Source of the DNA: Gracilinanus agilis
Taxonomy: Eukaryota
Length of the DNA stretch: 64,000 bases
NCBI RefSeq assembly: GCF_016433145.1
Contig: NC_058131.1
Span: forward strand, 650,621,862 to 650,685,861
Direction: 5' to 3'
The notes below the pieces were generated by a model that saw nothing but the letters and a program-made list of their open reading frames with translations, did no database searches and was not told the DNA's origin. The number at the start of each line of letters is the position of its first letter. Position 1 is the stretch's first letter. Made by a program: the position numbers and the translations under genes. Shown here in pieces: positions 1 through 13,001 of the stretch.

Positions 1-441
1 TCAAGTATGTTGGTTACTTCCTGTTGGGGAGTTCCCGCTTTGAACTTGGTGCTGAAGCATCTCGGCTGAGACCTCAGGCTGCTTCCACTCTGAATGGTCG
101 TGGGTAAGTCACGCTGACTTCCTTAGGCCTACCTTGGCGTTTTCCAGACTCTCTACCTTAAGTAGGCCTCTTGCCTCTCTGATTGCTAAGGCCTTGTGAT
201 GGGCAATCTAGTTTAATTAGCCTTTTAACCCTCTCTCTCTGTCTGGGCCCCTGCAGGCCTGGACTAGCCTCTCCCTCTCTCTATTTCCCTTGCTTTCTAC
301 CCTTCCTAATTGTAAATAAACTGCCTTAAACCTGATCCTGACTTGGGTCTATTTTAATTATGGAACCAATCTGAATTATTGATTCCTGGCGGCCACACCT
401 TAAATATATATCTATATAATACCTAAAATCTCCCTCTTACA
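1..441 (+). mobile_element. 3' part of an ERV LTR in COX15 intron 8 (5' part outside window)
   Basis: AATAAA at ~314 and ends ...ctcttACA. Shares blocks (ctaattgtaaataaac, tcctgacttgggtct) with the solo LTR at 44769-45422. Confidence 0.7.
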
Positions 442-1136
442 CTCCCCATACAGTCTGTCACTGGCCCATACCCAAAGCCTATCAATGCTGGTAGAGCCGG
501 TACCCAAACAGTTCAGGATCACCTTTAGGTCACAATAAAGAATTGGGGTAAGACTTAAACAGAAACAATTGCTTAACAGACTATTCATAAGCCTGGGACT
601 ATGAAATCATTTATCACAAATTTATCTTGGCAAGATCTCTATTGACCTGTATAGGGTAGGAAAGTTCTGAACTGCCATCAAGAACATGCTCAGCCTAAAT
701 ACTGTGATATAAGGGGAAAAAACCACTGAACTTAGCATTTGGGCCCTGGCTTCCCATTTCCCAGCTATAAGATGATAGGCAAGCCCCTAGTCTCAGTTTC
801 CTTATTAATAAATGAGATGATAATAGGCCATATTCTACTTTAAATGAGATAATAAAGGCAATCTGCATCAAAACTGTAAAGTATTAAATAAATGTCAGCA
901 ATTATTATTACCATCATCATGATAAGATTAAAGGATCACGAGCTAGAAGGGTCCTCAGTCCTCATTGCCAGGGACACCCTTATCTTATAGAGGAGGAGCT
1001 GTGGCACAGAAAGCTGAGAGGATTTGTCCAAGATCACAGAGGCAGTATGAACAGCCAGGATTTGAACCCAAGTCTTTCAACCTTCAATCCAGTGTTTTCC
1101 CCATTACACCAAGCTAATTAAAGAAGTGGTAAATAC

Positions 1137-1250
1137 CTGTGTGTAGGCCACAGTCAACAATGTTGCCACTGCCATTTTGGCCCTTCGAGGAAGGGGGATT
1201 CTCCGAGAGAGGAAGTAAAGCCCAGTAATGGCTGTGACTGTAGTGATTCC
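1137..1250 (-). CDS. COX15: COX15 coding exon 8 (114 nt)
   Basis: Translates [42 protein letters not shown] borders and phase 0/0; matches the heme A synthase C-terminal region. Confidence 0.97.
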
Positions 1251-1374
1251 CTAAAAGAAAGGAAGAAGCTAGTCATAATGACTTTTCCCCAATTTCTGCC
1301 TCCTACCCTTTAAACTCTAAATTTATGTTGTTTTCTAGCAACATTACTAGTGCTCATCTATAAATATTTAGAGA

Positions 1375-1620
1375 CCAAGAGATATCATTTGCAATGGAGA
1401 TGCAAAAAGATCAGGGTAAAACTAGGATGGCCATCATCTCCACTATTATCTAACATAGTATTAGAAATACCAACTATATAGCAAAAAAACAAGAAAAAGA
1501 AACTGAGAGAACAGGTGATGAAGAAGCAAAATTACTTACAGATTATATATGATGGTTTGCTTAGAGAACCCCAGAAATCCAATGAAAAACCCAATAAAAA
1601 CAATTAGTACTCCAATGGAA
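1375..1620 (+). mobile_element. L1 ORF2 (RT) fragment, degenerate
   Basis: Decayed QGCPLSPLLFNIVLE and ...MMVYLENP-like motifs (GWPSSPLLSNIVLEIP; MMVCLENP). Confidence 0.7.
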
Positions 1621-2019
1621 CTGTGACTTCACTGATTGACTGTTGCCTCAATGACTCATTCATGTCTGCCCATCCTGTGTGACTTGTCTGTGGCTTCCAA
1701 AAAGTTTGCCAAACAGGGTCCACCAACAAGCTGAGAGCCTTCATTTTCTCTTGGCATTGTGAGGACACTCATGGTGACCTTAAGCTGCTACCTGTTATTC
1801 TTCCTTCCTATATAACTAGCCAACTTCTTTTTCAGTCAGGAAAACCTAGGATGAAACCCTTAATCCAATTATTCTTTGAAGGTCTTTATTTGCTCTATGT
1901 TGCAGCTAGCTTGTATCTTCCCCATACCTCACCATGTCTCTCTGCAAGGCTTCCTTTTAGTTTTTCGAGACTGGGCAGTCATCTATGTCTTGAAGTCATA
2001 AAACCTATAGGGATTATCC

Positions 2020-2190
2020 ATCTGTGTGTGTAAATGTACACATCTGAATACATACATGCACAGCTACCCATATGATGTATGTATACATGTGAATAATTAT
2101 GTGCAGATTTATATGTACTTGTAATACCAGTGTGTATGAACATGTATATAACACACACACATATGCGTGTGCCTGGTTTAGACAGTACAA
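2020..2190. repeat. Degenerate TA/CA/TG alternating purine-pyrimidine microsatellite
   Basis: Runs such as tgtgtgtgtaaatgtacaca, atatgtatatacatgtg and acacacacac. Confidence 0.7.
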
Positions 2191-2942
2191 ATGGACACAA
2201 ATTTAAATCCAAAATTCAATGTGAGGATAACCAAATGGGATTACTTCTGGAAACTGCAAAACTCTTTTGATGACTGCACACTTCTTCCAGAAGCAAAGAT
2301 CCCCCCCACTTATTTTTTATTTTTAGGATTCCATCACTTTTGGTGTATGACCATGAGACATAGTATGCTATAAAATAATTAATAGCTTCAGTCAAATATT
2401 ACAATTCTGGAAATTATCAGTTTATCTGTACAAATCCAAGAAGAGGTACAAAGAAAACTTTCATCAATGCAACAGCACACACAAAATATTTGGGTGTTAA
2501 CCTCCTATGACACATATATGAATTACATAACTACAAATATAAAAGAAGACTCCAAAGCTCTTTGCTAGTGTTTATGATTTTAATTCTTATTTTTTGTCTT
2601 ACCCTTTTCATATTCTATCATATTCAAATCAACATGTACTAAGGGCCCGTGTGCCATAGGCCTTGGGGATACCACCGTCACCAACCACCACAATAACAAA
2701 AGCTTATATTCCACTGTATTTATATCATATCCCATTAGATTATAAGTTCCTTAAAGGCAAAGACAGTATTGTTTTTCACTTTGATATTTTAATGGTACCT
2801 GACACCGGTTGCTTAATAAATGTCTGAATGGATGTTCCTTGGGGCTAGGGAATTTTGTTTTTATATTTGTATTCCTAGTACCTTAAGAAGGGTCTTGATC
2901 ATAGTAAGCCCTCAAAAAATATTTGCTGGAATTAACTCAATC

Positions 2943-3433
<491 letters not shown>

Positions 3434-4131
3434 TCAAGATACATTTAAAAACTCAAAATAAGGGAAGCCAGTAAATATAATACCTTTTACATGTAAAAAA
3501 TACAAAACAATATAGTATAATTTCTCATCCTGGTGCCATATGGTAGAAACAAGAAAAGTGATAGAGGTATACTGGTAATTAATCCACAGGCATTTGTTAA
3601 GCCTGCACTATGTGCACTGTACTAGGTTCTGTGGACAGAAAGACAAAAGTAAACCTGCTCAAGTGGAGGAGATCATGGATAAATAAATAAACGATGTGAT
3701 GTATTGCATAAAAAAACAACTGCCAAGGAATAATGTACGTCTAAGAAACCCAGAAAGGCAGGTTGGGGCTGGGTAGCAATTAATAACTTTATATCAGAGC
3801 TAATGGCAATAGAAGACACTAGGAGTTTAATGATTAGGAGTGATGTGGCCACATTTACACTTTAGGCAAATCCCTTTGACTGCACTAAAGGATCATGAAA
3901 TAAGCCTTTACCCTTGCCAATACTCTATTTGAAAAACATATTAGGGAAGGTTTAGACAAAATTATGAATTAAAGATTCAAAATGGATTCGTTTAAGTAAG
4001 GTTAGGAATATCTGTGGTATCTCCCACATATATCTGGGGAAAAGACAATGCTTTCTCAGGAAAACATCCCTCATGTGACAAAAGTCTTGTAAATTAAAGG
4101 TGAAGAAATACAGGTTCATATTTAGGAATCA

Positions 4132-4380
<249 letters not shown>

Positions 4381-4922
4381 CTATACAACAGAAGGAAGAT
4401 TAATCACATAAACAAACAATATTGCAAGATCTAAAAAAAAAAAAAAAAAAAAAAGGCAACATATTTTTTCAAAGTCAAGTAAAAGTGAAGGATAAATACA
4501 ATTAAATGGATATGTTAGGAGGTTAAAATACTTTACAATGTTTGAAGAGATCTATCCTAAGAGACAGGGCTGTTTTTATAGAGTATTTAAAGCCTAACAG
4601 ATCCATTAAGTATTCATCATATGAGCACTTACAAGGTGCTCTGAGCTACAGATTTGGCCAACAGAGTAAAAATGAATCTCTAGGTCTCTTTCAGTTTTTT
4701 CTTTTAAAAATATTAATTTTTTTTTTCCTATTAACACCTCCCAAGAGAGTATTTCTACATACGCAGAACAGAGGATTACATGTAAACATGAATTTTTCAG
4801 GTCATCTTTCTTGCTTTTTTAGAACATAAACATTAAATTTAATGTTATTTTCAAAGCTCTTCTGTTTGTAGTTCTTTTGAATGTCCTTTGGTTCTCTTCT
4901 GTGCATTTTAAATAAAGTTTCA

Positions 4923-5126
4923 GGGGCAACTAGGTGGCTCAGTGGATCAAGAGTCAGGCCTGGAGACAAGAAGTCCTGGGTTCAAATCTGGCCTCACATA
5001 TTTCCTAGCTGTGTGACCCTGGGAAAGTCACTTAACCCCAATTGCCTACCCCTTGCCATTCTTCTGCCTTAGAATGGATACTTATTCCTAAGGCAGAAGG
5101 AGGTAAGGACTTAAAAATAAATAAAT
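4923..5126 (+). mobile_element. Marsupial tRNA-derived CORE SINE
   Basis: ggggcaactaggtggctcagtgga head, ggttcaaatc B-box, CORE tgtgtgaccctggg, A-rich tail. Confidence 0.85.
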
Positions 5127-5504
5127 GATGGTTCAATAGCCTTTGTGTGTGTATGTGTGTGGAGGTACGGGGTGTAATCATTATTACAGCATCTTTTATT
5201 ACTAATTCCAATTAAAAAATGAGAACAAAAAAAAAATCCCTTGTAGTAAATCAGCAGAGACAAACAAAATGAATCACAATAGCTATTGTCTAAAAACATG
5301 TCTCTTTTTGCACTTGAGTCCATTACCTCTTGATCAAGAAATGAATGAATGAAAAAGACGTTCTTAAGCACTTACTGTTGGCAAGGCACTACACCAAGTA
5401 TTAGGGATATGAATAGAAAAGTAAGACAATCCTTGCCCTCACAGGGTTCACATTCTAACCAAGGAGATAACACACATGAAAGATTTCAGCTATTAAATTC
5501 AAAA

Positions 5505-6470
5505 TTATTAGACTAGGCTCAGTATTCTAGATTGTTGAAATATTTTTCGATCCTATCATTTATTGTGTTAGTTATTCCTCCCAGTTTTTTGTCATCTGCA
5601 AATCTGGTTAAACATGTTATATCCAAGTCACTGACAAAAATGTTAAATCCTAAAGTTAGGGGATAGCTAGGTGGCTCAGGAGATACAGTACCAGGCCTGG
5701 AGCCAGGAGGACCTGGGTTCAAATCTGATCTCAGATACTTTCTAGTTGTGTAACCCTGGGCAAGTCATTTAATCCCACTTGCTTAGTCCTTGCCCTTCTG
5801 TCTTACAGAGTTGTTCCAAAGACCAAAAAGGTATTAAAAAATACGTATGCATGTCTATTCATATGTCTATCAAAGTCAGATCTCTGAGACATTCTTCTGT
5901 AGAGATCAAACCATTATTAAGTGTTTTTGGTTCCAGCCACTATACTATCATCTAACCCATATCTTTTTGTCTTGGTGAGATGGGAGATGACAGAATGACA
6001 AATGCTTTGCTAAACTTTAAGAAAACTATCTACAGCATTATTTACATAAATTAGTTTAGTAACCTGTCCAAAAAAAAAAAGAGATGTTTGGCATGACCAA
6101 TTTTTATAGAAGCTACTGGCTCTAAGTGATTACTGCTTTTGGACTTAACGGTCTGAGAAAAAATAGCATCTAGATGCTAATTATCTATCTCTTTGATAAC
6201 CCAATCTGGACTTATCACAGAAATCAAAACCAAGCTCATGCACCTGTAGTTTATAGATTCGACTCTTCTGCCTTTAAAAAAAACAGGAAGAATATTTATT
6301 CATCTCCAGCACTGTGGAAACAGTAGGGGTCTCTTCCATTTTCCATAATCTTTCAGAGATCACTATCATTGGTTAGCAGTCATAATTGTGAGTTCCTTCA
6401 GATTACTTGAGCCTGAACTCACCAAGAGGCAGCTAGATGATTTCTTGCTATCCCCTACTTATTTTGAGTT
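5505..6470 (-). mobile_element. CR1/L3 LINE RT fragments, interrupted by a SINE
   Basis: Minus frame DLDITCLTRFADDKKLGG (FADD RT motif typical of CR1), with further CR1-like decay downstream. Confidence 0.7.
5659..5842 (+). mobile_element. CORE SINE inserted in CR1 fragment
   Basis: gggatagctaggtggctcag head, ggttcaaatc box, tail. Confidence 0.8.
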
Positions 6471-8058
6471 TTAGTTTCCAATTTTGTTTTGTTCTTTAAA
6501 GTCTAAAGATTATACCCCTTGGCAGAGAAAAGAGAAATATTTTAAAAGCTCAAGAATTCTGTCTTCTTCCATGCCAGTGTTCCAATCTTCTTCTTTGAAT
6601 TTTCTCTTCTCTAAATATGACTTTTTTAAAAAAATGCTTTTTGCTAATTTTAGCTTTCTTCAAACTCAATTTAATCTGAATTTTAGTATTCCTGACACTA
6701 TTCTTGTAGGACTGTGCCAGACTTTCAAATTAATCTCTACTTCCTGCCCTTTTTTCTTGTCTTCTTAAAACTTAAGATGGTCAATAAGTTAGTTCCCTGT
6801 GCACCCATATCATTCTACATAGAAACCAATGTGCATAAAAATGATAGCTGAGAGGCTAATGAATGAGATCTCTGAGAGGAAGAATATAGAAAGAAAAGCA
6901 GAGTGCTAAGAGCGAACTTTAAAAAAATATTCAAATTTAATTGGTAAAAAGAAAATAAGTGATTACGAGTTAGGAGAGAAGTATTATAGACACCAAAAGA
7001 GAAAAAGGTTTCAAGGAAGCAATGCTTAATAGTGTACAAAAGCAATGAGAACTGAAAAAGACCAGGCACTTAGGAGGTGCCTCGAATACAGTTTTAGTGA
7101 GATAGAGGGAGTAAACACCAGATTATAGGTGATGAGGAAGGGGAGAGGATTGTGGGGAAGTAAAGACACCAAAGGCACACTTCTTATTCTCTAAGTCTGG
7201 CTGTGAAAAGTAGGAAAGGAATAAAATTATCCATACGGTCTACATCAAAATTTCAATTTTAGGCTGGTATCTCACTGACACCCATAACATTTATATATAG
7301 TCTTTCCCAAATGTCAGGTGGTGTATGCTTAGTAATACAAATGAATTTCAATACTAGAATGAGGAAAAAATACAACTTCTGAATAAAAATTCACTGCAAA
7401 AAATACACACACACACACACACCCCATTTTGTCATATACATGAAACTACAGATATATCCAGTTCTCTTCTACCCTTAAAAAGACCTTATTTCACCTTCCC
7501 ATCTCACCTTGTATCTCTCTTCTCTTTTACACTCAAACTCCTAGAAGAAGTCATCCCCTCTTGGTGCACTCATATCCTTTCATTGTCCAACTTCTTCAAC
7601 TAGTGACTCCACTTGGGCTATTCTTACCTTTCTGCCTGCTTCTTTCCATCTTTAATTCTTTCTTTTTCTTGCTCTAATTTTTATCCAGGGCTATTTTTTG
7701 CCATTCTAGGCTGATGATTATACTTTTCACATTTGCTATAAAGTGTATGAATGTGAAAGATGATGAAAATATCATGTAGGTACAACATAAAGGTATCATA
7801 CCTTGCTTTTATATATTAAATCAGTCCTGTAAAAGATATAAATAGGGTCCTTTAACTAATGCATAGAACACATAATATCACATTGTTAAAGGAGTATGCA
7901 TAAATTATTTTCTCTTAGATTTGCCAAGTAATAAAGATATAACTCTAAATAGACAATACTTTTCTTATTCTACATTACTTTAGATTCACAGATAATCTTT
8001 CAGCACCCTTTGGATATTCACAAGTCAAATGTTTAGGGTTTGGTCTTTTAGTGAAGGG

Positions 8059-8245
8059 TTTTAAAATTAAAACCCTCATTTTCTGTCCTAGTAACAACTT
8101 TATGACAGAAGGGCAAGGGCCAGGCAAATAGGGTTAAGTGATTTGCCCAAGTTACACAGCTACAGAGTGTCTGAGGCCAGATTTGAACCCAGATCCTCCT
8201 GACTTCAGGCCTAGTGCTCTATCCACTGTGCCAACCAGCTACCCC
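8059..8245 (-). mobile_element. CORE SINE
   Basis: Reverse complement of SINE head (..ccagctacccc) and gatttgaaccc box. Confidence 0.8.
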
Positions 8246-8700
8246 TTGGAAGCAATTTTTAAGCAAGAACTTTTTTTTTATTGTACCTAACTCTATCTAA
8301 ATATATTTTATTTCCCTTGTAATCCTATGTATTTATCTGATATATTTAAAAACACTGTTGGATCCAGGATAGAAAAAGGTAAAAAAACCCTGCTCCAATA
8401 AAATTTCTTCCAACTTCATTATTTAAAACTTTTTCTTCCTTATCATCTTCAATAGACTTCATTCTACACTGGCATGCTGATAAAATGGCCTGCCCTTAAA
8501 TTTTGCCTTGGGGAAACTTGCTCTAGATCTCTTACAAAAATGATGTAGCCTTCTTATGACTTATTCAGGTCCTAGAATTCAATGCTCCTTTCATTCTCGG
8601 TTATATTGAATTTCTAGGACACTGGTAACCTTCAGGATAAGGAAAATTTTACTTAGGTCAACCATCATCCACCTGTGGTTCACTAACTTTTAAATCTTCA

Positions 8701-8964
<264 letters not shown>

Positions 8965-9049
8965 CTAGCAATAAATGGAGGGAGAGCAAGATATAACATG
9001 ATTCAAATTAACTACATATCTTGAGGGAAATCATTTAACTTTATTTTTA

Positions 9050-9280
<231 letters not shown>

Positions 9281-9380
9281 TCAATAAAGGAGAATAAAAG
9301 AACATTTTTCTTGAGCTATACCTCGTTTAACATGATAAAACAAAGGCACAATTGCATACATTAGAACTAGAGAGCTAAAT

Positions 9381-9625
9381 GGCGTTGTAGTGGATGGAGC
9401 ACCAGGTCCAGTCAGGAAGACTCATCTTCCTAAGTTCAAATGTGACCTCAGACTAGCTATGTGACCCAGGGCAAGTGATTTATAACCCTATTGGCCTCAG
9501 TTTCCTCATCTGTAAAATGAGCTGAAGAAGGAAATGGCAAACCACTCTAGTATCTACTAAGAAAACCCCAAATGGGGTCATGAAGAGTTGGACATGACTG
9601 AAAAATGACTGAACAACAGCAATAC
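9381..9625 (+). mobile_element. MAR1-like SINE (CORE plus RTE-type tail)
   Basis: cctcagtttcctcatctgtaaaatgag core followed by gaaggaaatggcaaaccactc...aatggggtcatgaagagttggacatgactgaa tail. Confidence 0.8.
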
Positions 9626-9756
9626 CACAATTGCACAGCCTTGCAAAATAGGAAATTAGTTCTTCTCTGAAGCTGGAAGATGTTGCCCCTTGCTAAAGAG
9701 GTGAAATATCAGAGTATGCCTTATTTGTGAATGGGAAATTTCTATTTCTTGTTTTC

Positions 9757-9892
9757 CACACGCGCGCGCGCGCGCGCACACACACACACACACACAATCT
9801 CTCTCTCTCCCCTCCCCTCCTCTGTCCCTTTATCCCTCTCTCTGTCTCCTCTCCCCCCTGTCCTGTTCCCTCTTTCCCTCTCCCCCCCCCCC
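9757..9892. repeat. (CG)8-(CA)n microsatellite followed by (TC)n/C-rich pyrimidine tract
   Basis: Read directly: cacacgcgcgcgcgcgcgcgcacacacacacacacacaca, then tctctctctctcccctcccctcc... Confidence 0.95.
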
Positions 9893-10150
9893 AATATCAA
9901 GCTGCACTAAGAAGTTTAACTTCCAGAATCCAGGAAGCCAAGTAAAATATTTGACCTAGATACCATTTATATCTTTAATACATACAACATTTTCTTTCAC
10001 TACAGGTAACAAAACAGTAAAAAATAAAGAGATTAGAAAGCTCCTGTATGATGCATTTTGTTTTTCCCTATACTTCCACGCAATAAACTCAATTCAATTC
10101 CACTCACAAAACATTTAGTGTTTGTTTATATCTGCAAGTTATTGTGCTTA

Positions 10151-10336
<186 letters not shown>

Positions 10337-10771
10337 TTACAGACTGAAGTAATAAACATCTGAATTTAACCCTGCAAAGAATAATTCTGTTTTCCCTCCT
10401 CTAAAAATTGTTTTTTGTAATTTTCCACAAAGCCATTATCAAGCACAAGTTTATCTCACTTTTTCTCTTTCATCTTTTTCCTTTTTTTTCCCTCCCTCAT
10501 AGGCTATAGCTGACTCAGTCAATACTAAATCTGTTAAAACCAAGTTTTCCTATAAAATCTACCATTCTGTACATGTAGAAGCTTAAAATTTCAGATCTAA
10601 AAAAGGGCCAGAGATCATATAGTCCAACTTCTTCATTTGATGGATAAGGAAACTGAGGCACAAAGAATTTACATGATTTGCCCAAGTTAGTGGCAGTATC
10701 TTGTATCTGGTTTCTGAGTTTTGTGCTCTTTTTAATTTGCATTACTGTGCTCTTGAAAAATACTCAAAATT

Positions 10772-11025
10772 ATTTGTTGTTGATCATTTGGGTTGTGTAT
10801 GACCCTCCTTGACCCCATTTGGAGTTTGTTGTTTTTTTTTGGCAAAGACATGAGTGCTTAGCCATTTCTTTCCCCAGCTCATTTTAGAGATGAGGAAACT
10901 GAAACAAAGTGATTTAAGTGACTTGCCCAGAATCACATAGCTAATAAGCATCCGAGGCTAGATCTGAACTCAGTTCTTTGTGACTCTAAGTCCGCATTCT
11001 ACCCATTGTACCACTTGGCTGCCCC
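10772..11025 (-). mobile_element. MAR1-like SINE
   Basis: Reverse complement of MAR1-type tail (gaccccatttgg, gccatttctttcccc) and core (agatgaggaaactga). Confidence 0.75.
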
Positions 11026-11098
11026 CATATCAGAGTTACAGGTGCCTAATGGGTGGCAAATGAGGCTGAGTTATTTTGTTTTACTGTGGACTGCTCAC

Positions 11099-11289
11099 CT
11101 AGTCACTCCACCAAGAATAACTGCTCCTGCTACTGTTCCACTGCAGACCAAGAGCCAACGGCCCATAATCCGCTCGGTAGCCTTCGTGGGGATAGACACT
11201 GACCTCCTTCCAGACTGTAAAGCTACTTCAGAGGCAGTACTGTACTGCCTTTGCAAGAGAGGGAGCTTTTGCCCATTATGGGAACCACA
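11099..11289 (-). CDS. COX15: COX15 coding exon 2 (191 nt)
   Basis: [63 protein letters not shown](R), bounded by TAG/GTGAGC. Confidence 0.96.
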
Positions 11290-12504
11290 CTAAGGATTAA
11301 GGGAAGAAATATTATTTTAGCATGAAAGTGAGATCTAATATGGTAAGCCTTTACACTTAGGTTTGCTCTATGTTTTTCTGCCATATTGTCTTGTCCAATT
11401 CTTACTAAATTATAAATTCCTTGAGGATAGGGATCATATTTCATCAAACTCAAATTATTCTAGTATGGTTTTCAAAGAGCTTTCTTCACGACAACTTGGG
11501 AGATAGCACATAGCAACTAGAGGCAGCTGGATTTAGAATCAGGAAAATCTGGATTGAAGCTCTACAATCAGACACTTTTAAGCTATTTAGAACTGGGAGT
11601 TCTAAACAGGGAGTTCTGGACTGTCTAAAATGCAGTTCCTCCTTTGCAAAATAAGAATTAGATCTGAGCCCCCTTCCAAATCCTGAGCTCTGTTTTCTTC
11701 AAAGATCCTGTGAAGTCAGAGCTAAGTATCACAGATCACTTTCTTGATGTATCACTAGAAGAGATCTTAAAGATTACTCAGTCCATTCCTCTTATATTTC
11801 AGATGAGGAAAATGAGGTTCAGAAAGCTTATGAATTCTGATGAGTATTCTGTATTCACTCATTCAGCCATCAATTATTTACTTAGTTTCTACTGTTCCAG
11901 GCCCTGGAATGAATAATAGGTGTAAGAGGTAGTGAGTAGCTGAATTGGAAATAAGATCCCGGGCCTTATAAATCTAATTTTTCCGCAATTTTTCAACCCT
12001 GATATTCTCCTCAACATTTTATTTTTGTGTCTTCCCTAGAAGCAGGCACAGTGCCTATTCCCATTTTACAGTTCAGGAAACTGAACAGAGGTTGAGATTT
12101 GCCACAAGGTCTTCCAGATTTCAAGACCAGTTCAAACCATTCTGCCATCTGGTTACCGGTCCTTGATAATAACAATAACGGTTAGTATTTGTATAGCAAT
12201 TTAGGGTTTGCAAAGCGCTTTACATACATCATTCCCATTCGATCCTCAAGGAACTTACTTTCTACTGGGAGACGGGGACATGTGCACAGATAAGTTCAAA
12301 GCGAATACAAAGTAATGGTGGGGGACAGGAATGGGACAGTAAATGAATGGCCCCTCCAAGACCACCTAGGGCTCTACAATACGCTGGCTCCTCCCGGCCC
12401 CTTTCATCTCCAGTCCTCCTTCCCTCTTCACCCTGCGTGATCCCAGACCCATGCTTCTGCCTAAACCTGCTCTGATCCTGAGAGTCTTGTTGGGGCGTCC
12501 GTAC

Positions 12505-12588
12505 CCGGGGAGCCCCCCTCGTAGCCAGGAGACGGATTCCTGAACTCTTGAGCACCGCCTTTAGAGGAAGAAAGAACAACCGCAACAT
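12505..12588 (-). CDS. COX15: COX15 coding exon 1 (mitochondrial presequence, 28 codons)
   Basis: MLRLFFLPLKAVLKSSGIRLLATRGAPR is Arg/Leu-rich with no acidic residues. Phase-0 GTACGG donor is compatible with exon 2 (donor position less certain). Confidence 0.88.
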
Positions 12589-12940
12589 CGTGAACTCTAC
12601 TGCCGCTAGCCAAACACGAGTATCCCAAAGTCAATTCCGCATAACAATCTTCCCTAGCGACCCCGCGTCTCCTTCCTTCCAAAAGAGAAAAGCACTTCCG
12701 GATCGCGCAGGTCCCCGGGCAGGTCCCATCGCAGGATGCTACCCTAGTCATGTGATGACGGAAGCAGTGGTGAGGTCGCTGGAATTTGACGCCTGCGCCT
12801 GCGCTTGCTCCGCTGAGGCGCTCGCTCTGGAAGAGGTGGATCGGAGAGGCGCGGAATCGTTGGGGGCGCGCGACCCGGGGCGGAGCTCTCATCGCGCAGG
12901 CGCGTCCCAACCGCGTCGGTCCAGGCTGGTGATTGTGAGG

Positions 12941-13001
12941 ATGAAAAGGCGGGCGGTTAGCAGGGATTCTCGGCAGGGCACCTTAGTCCCGGTGCAGCCA
13001 G
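12941..13001 (+). CDS. CUTC: CUTC exon 1 CDS (61 nt)
   Basis: MKRRAVSRDSRQGTLVPVQP(E), donor G|GTAAGA; basic N-terminus as in mammalian CutC. Confidence 0.9.

Noticed and set aside
412-522. In-frame minus-strand segment after an AG (VILNCLGTGSTSIDRLWVW...*) as COX15 terminal exon
   Set aside because: It has no similarity to the expected VGLGISTLL...ATHQ terminal helix, a weak polypyrimidine tract, and it runs into the LTR. The true exon 9 most likely lies before position 1.
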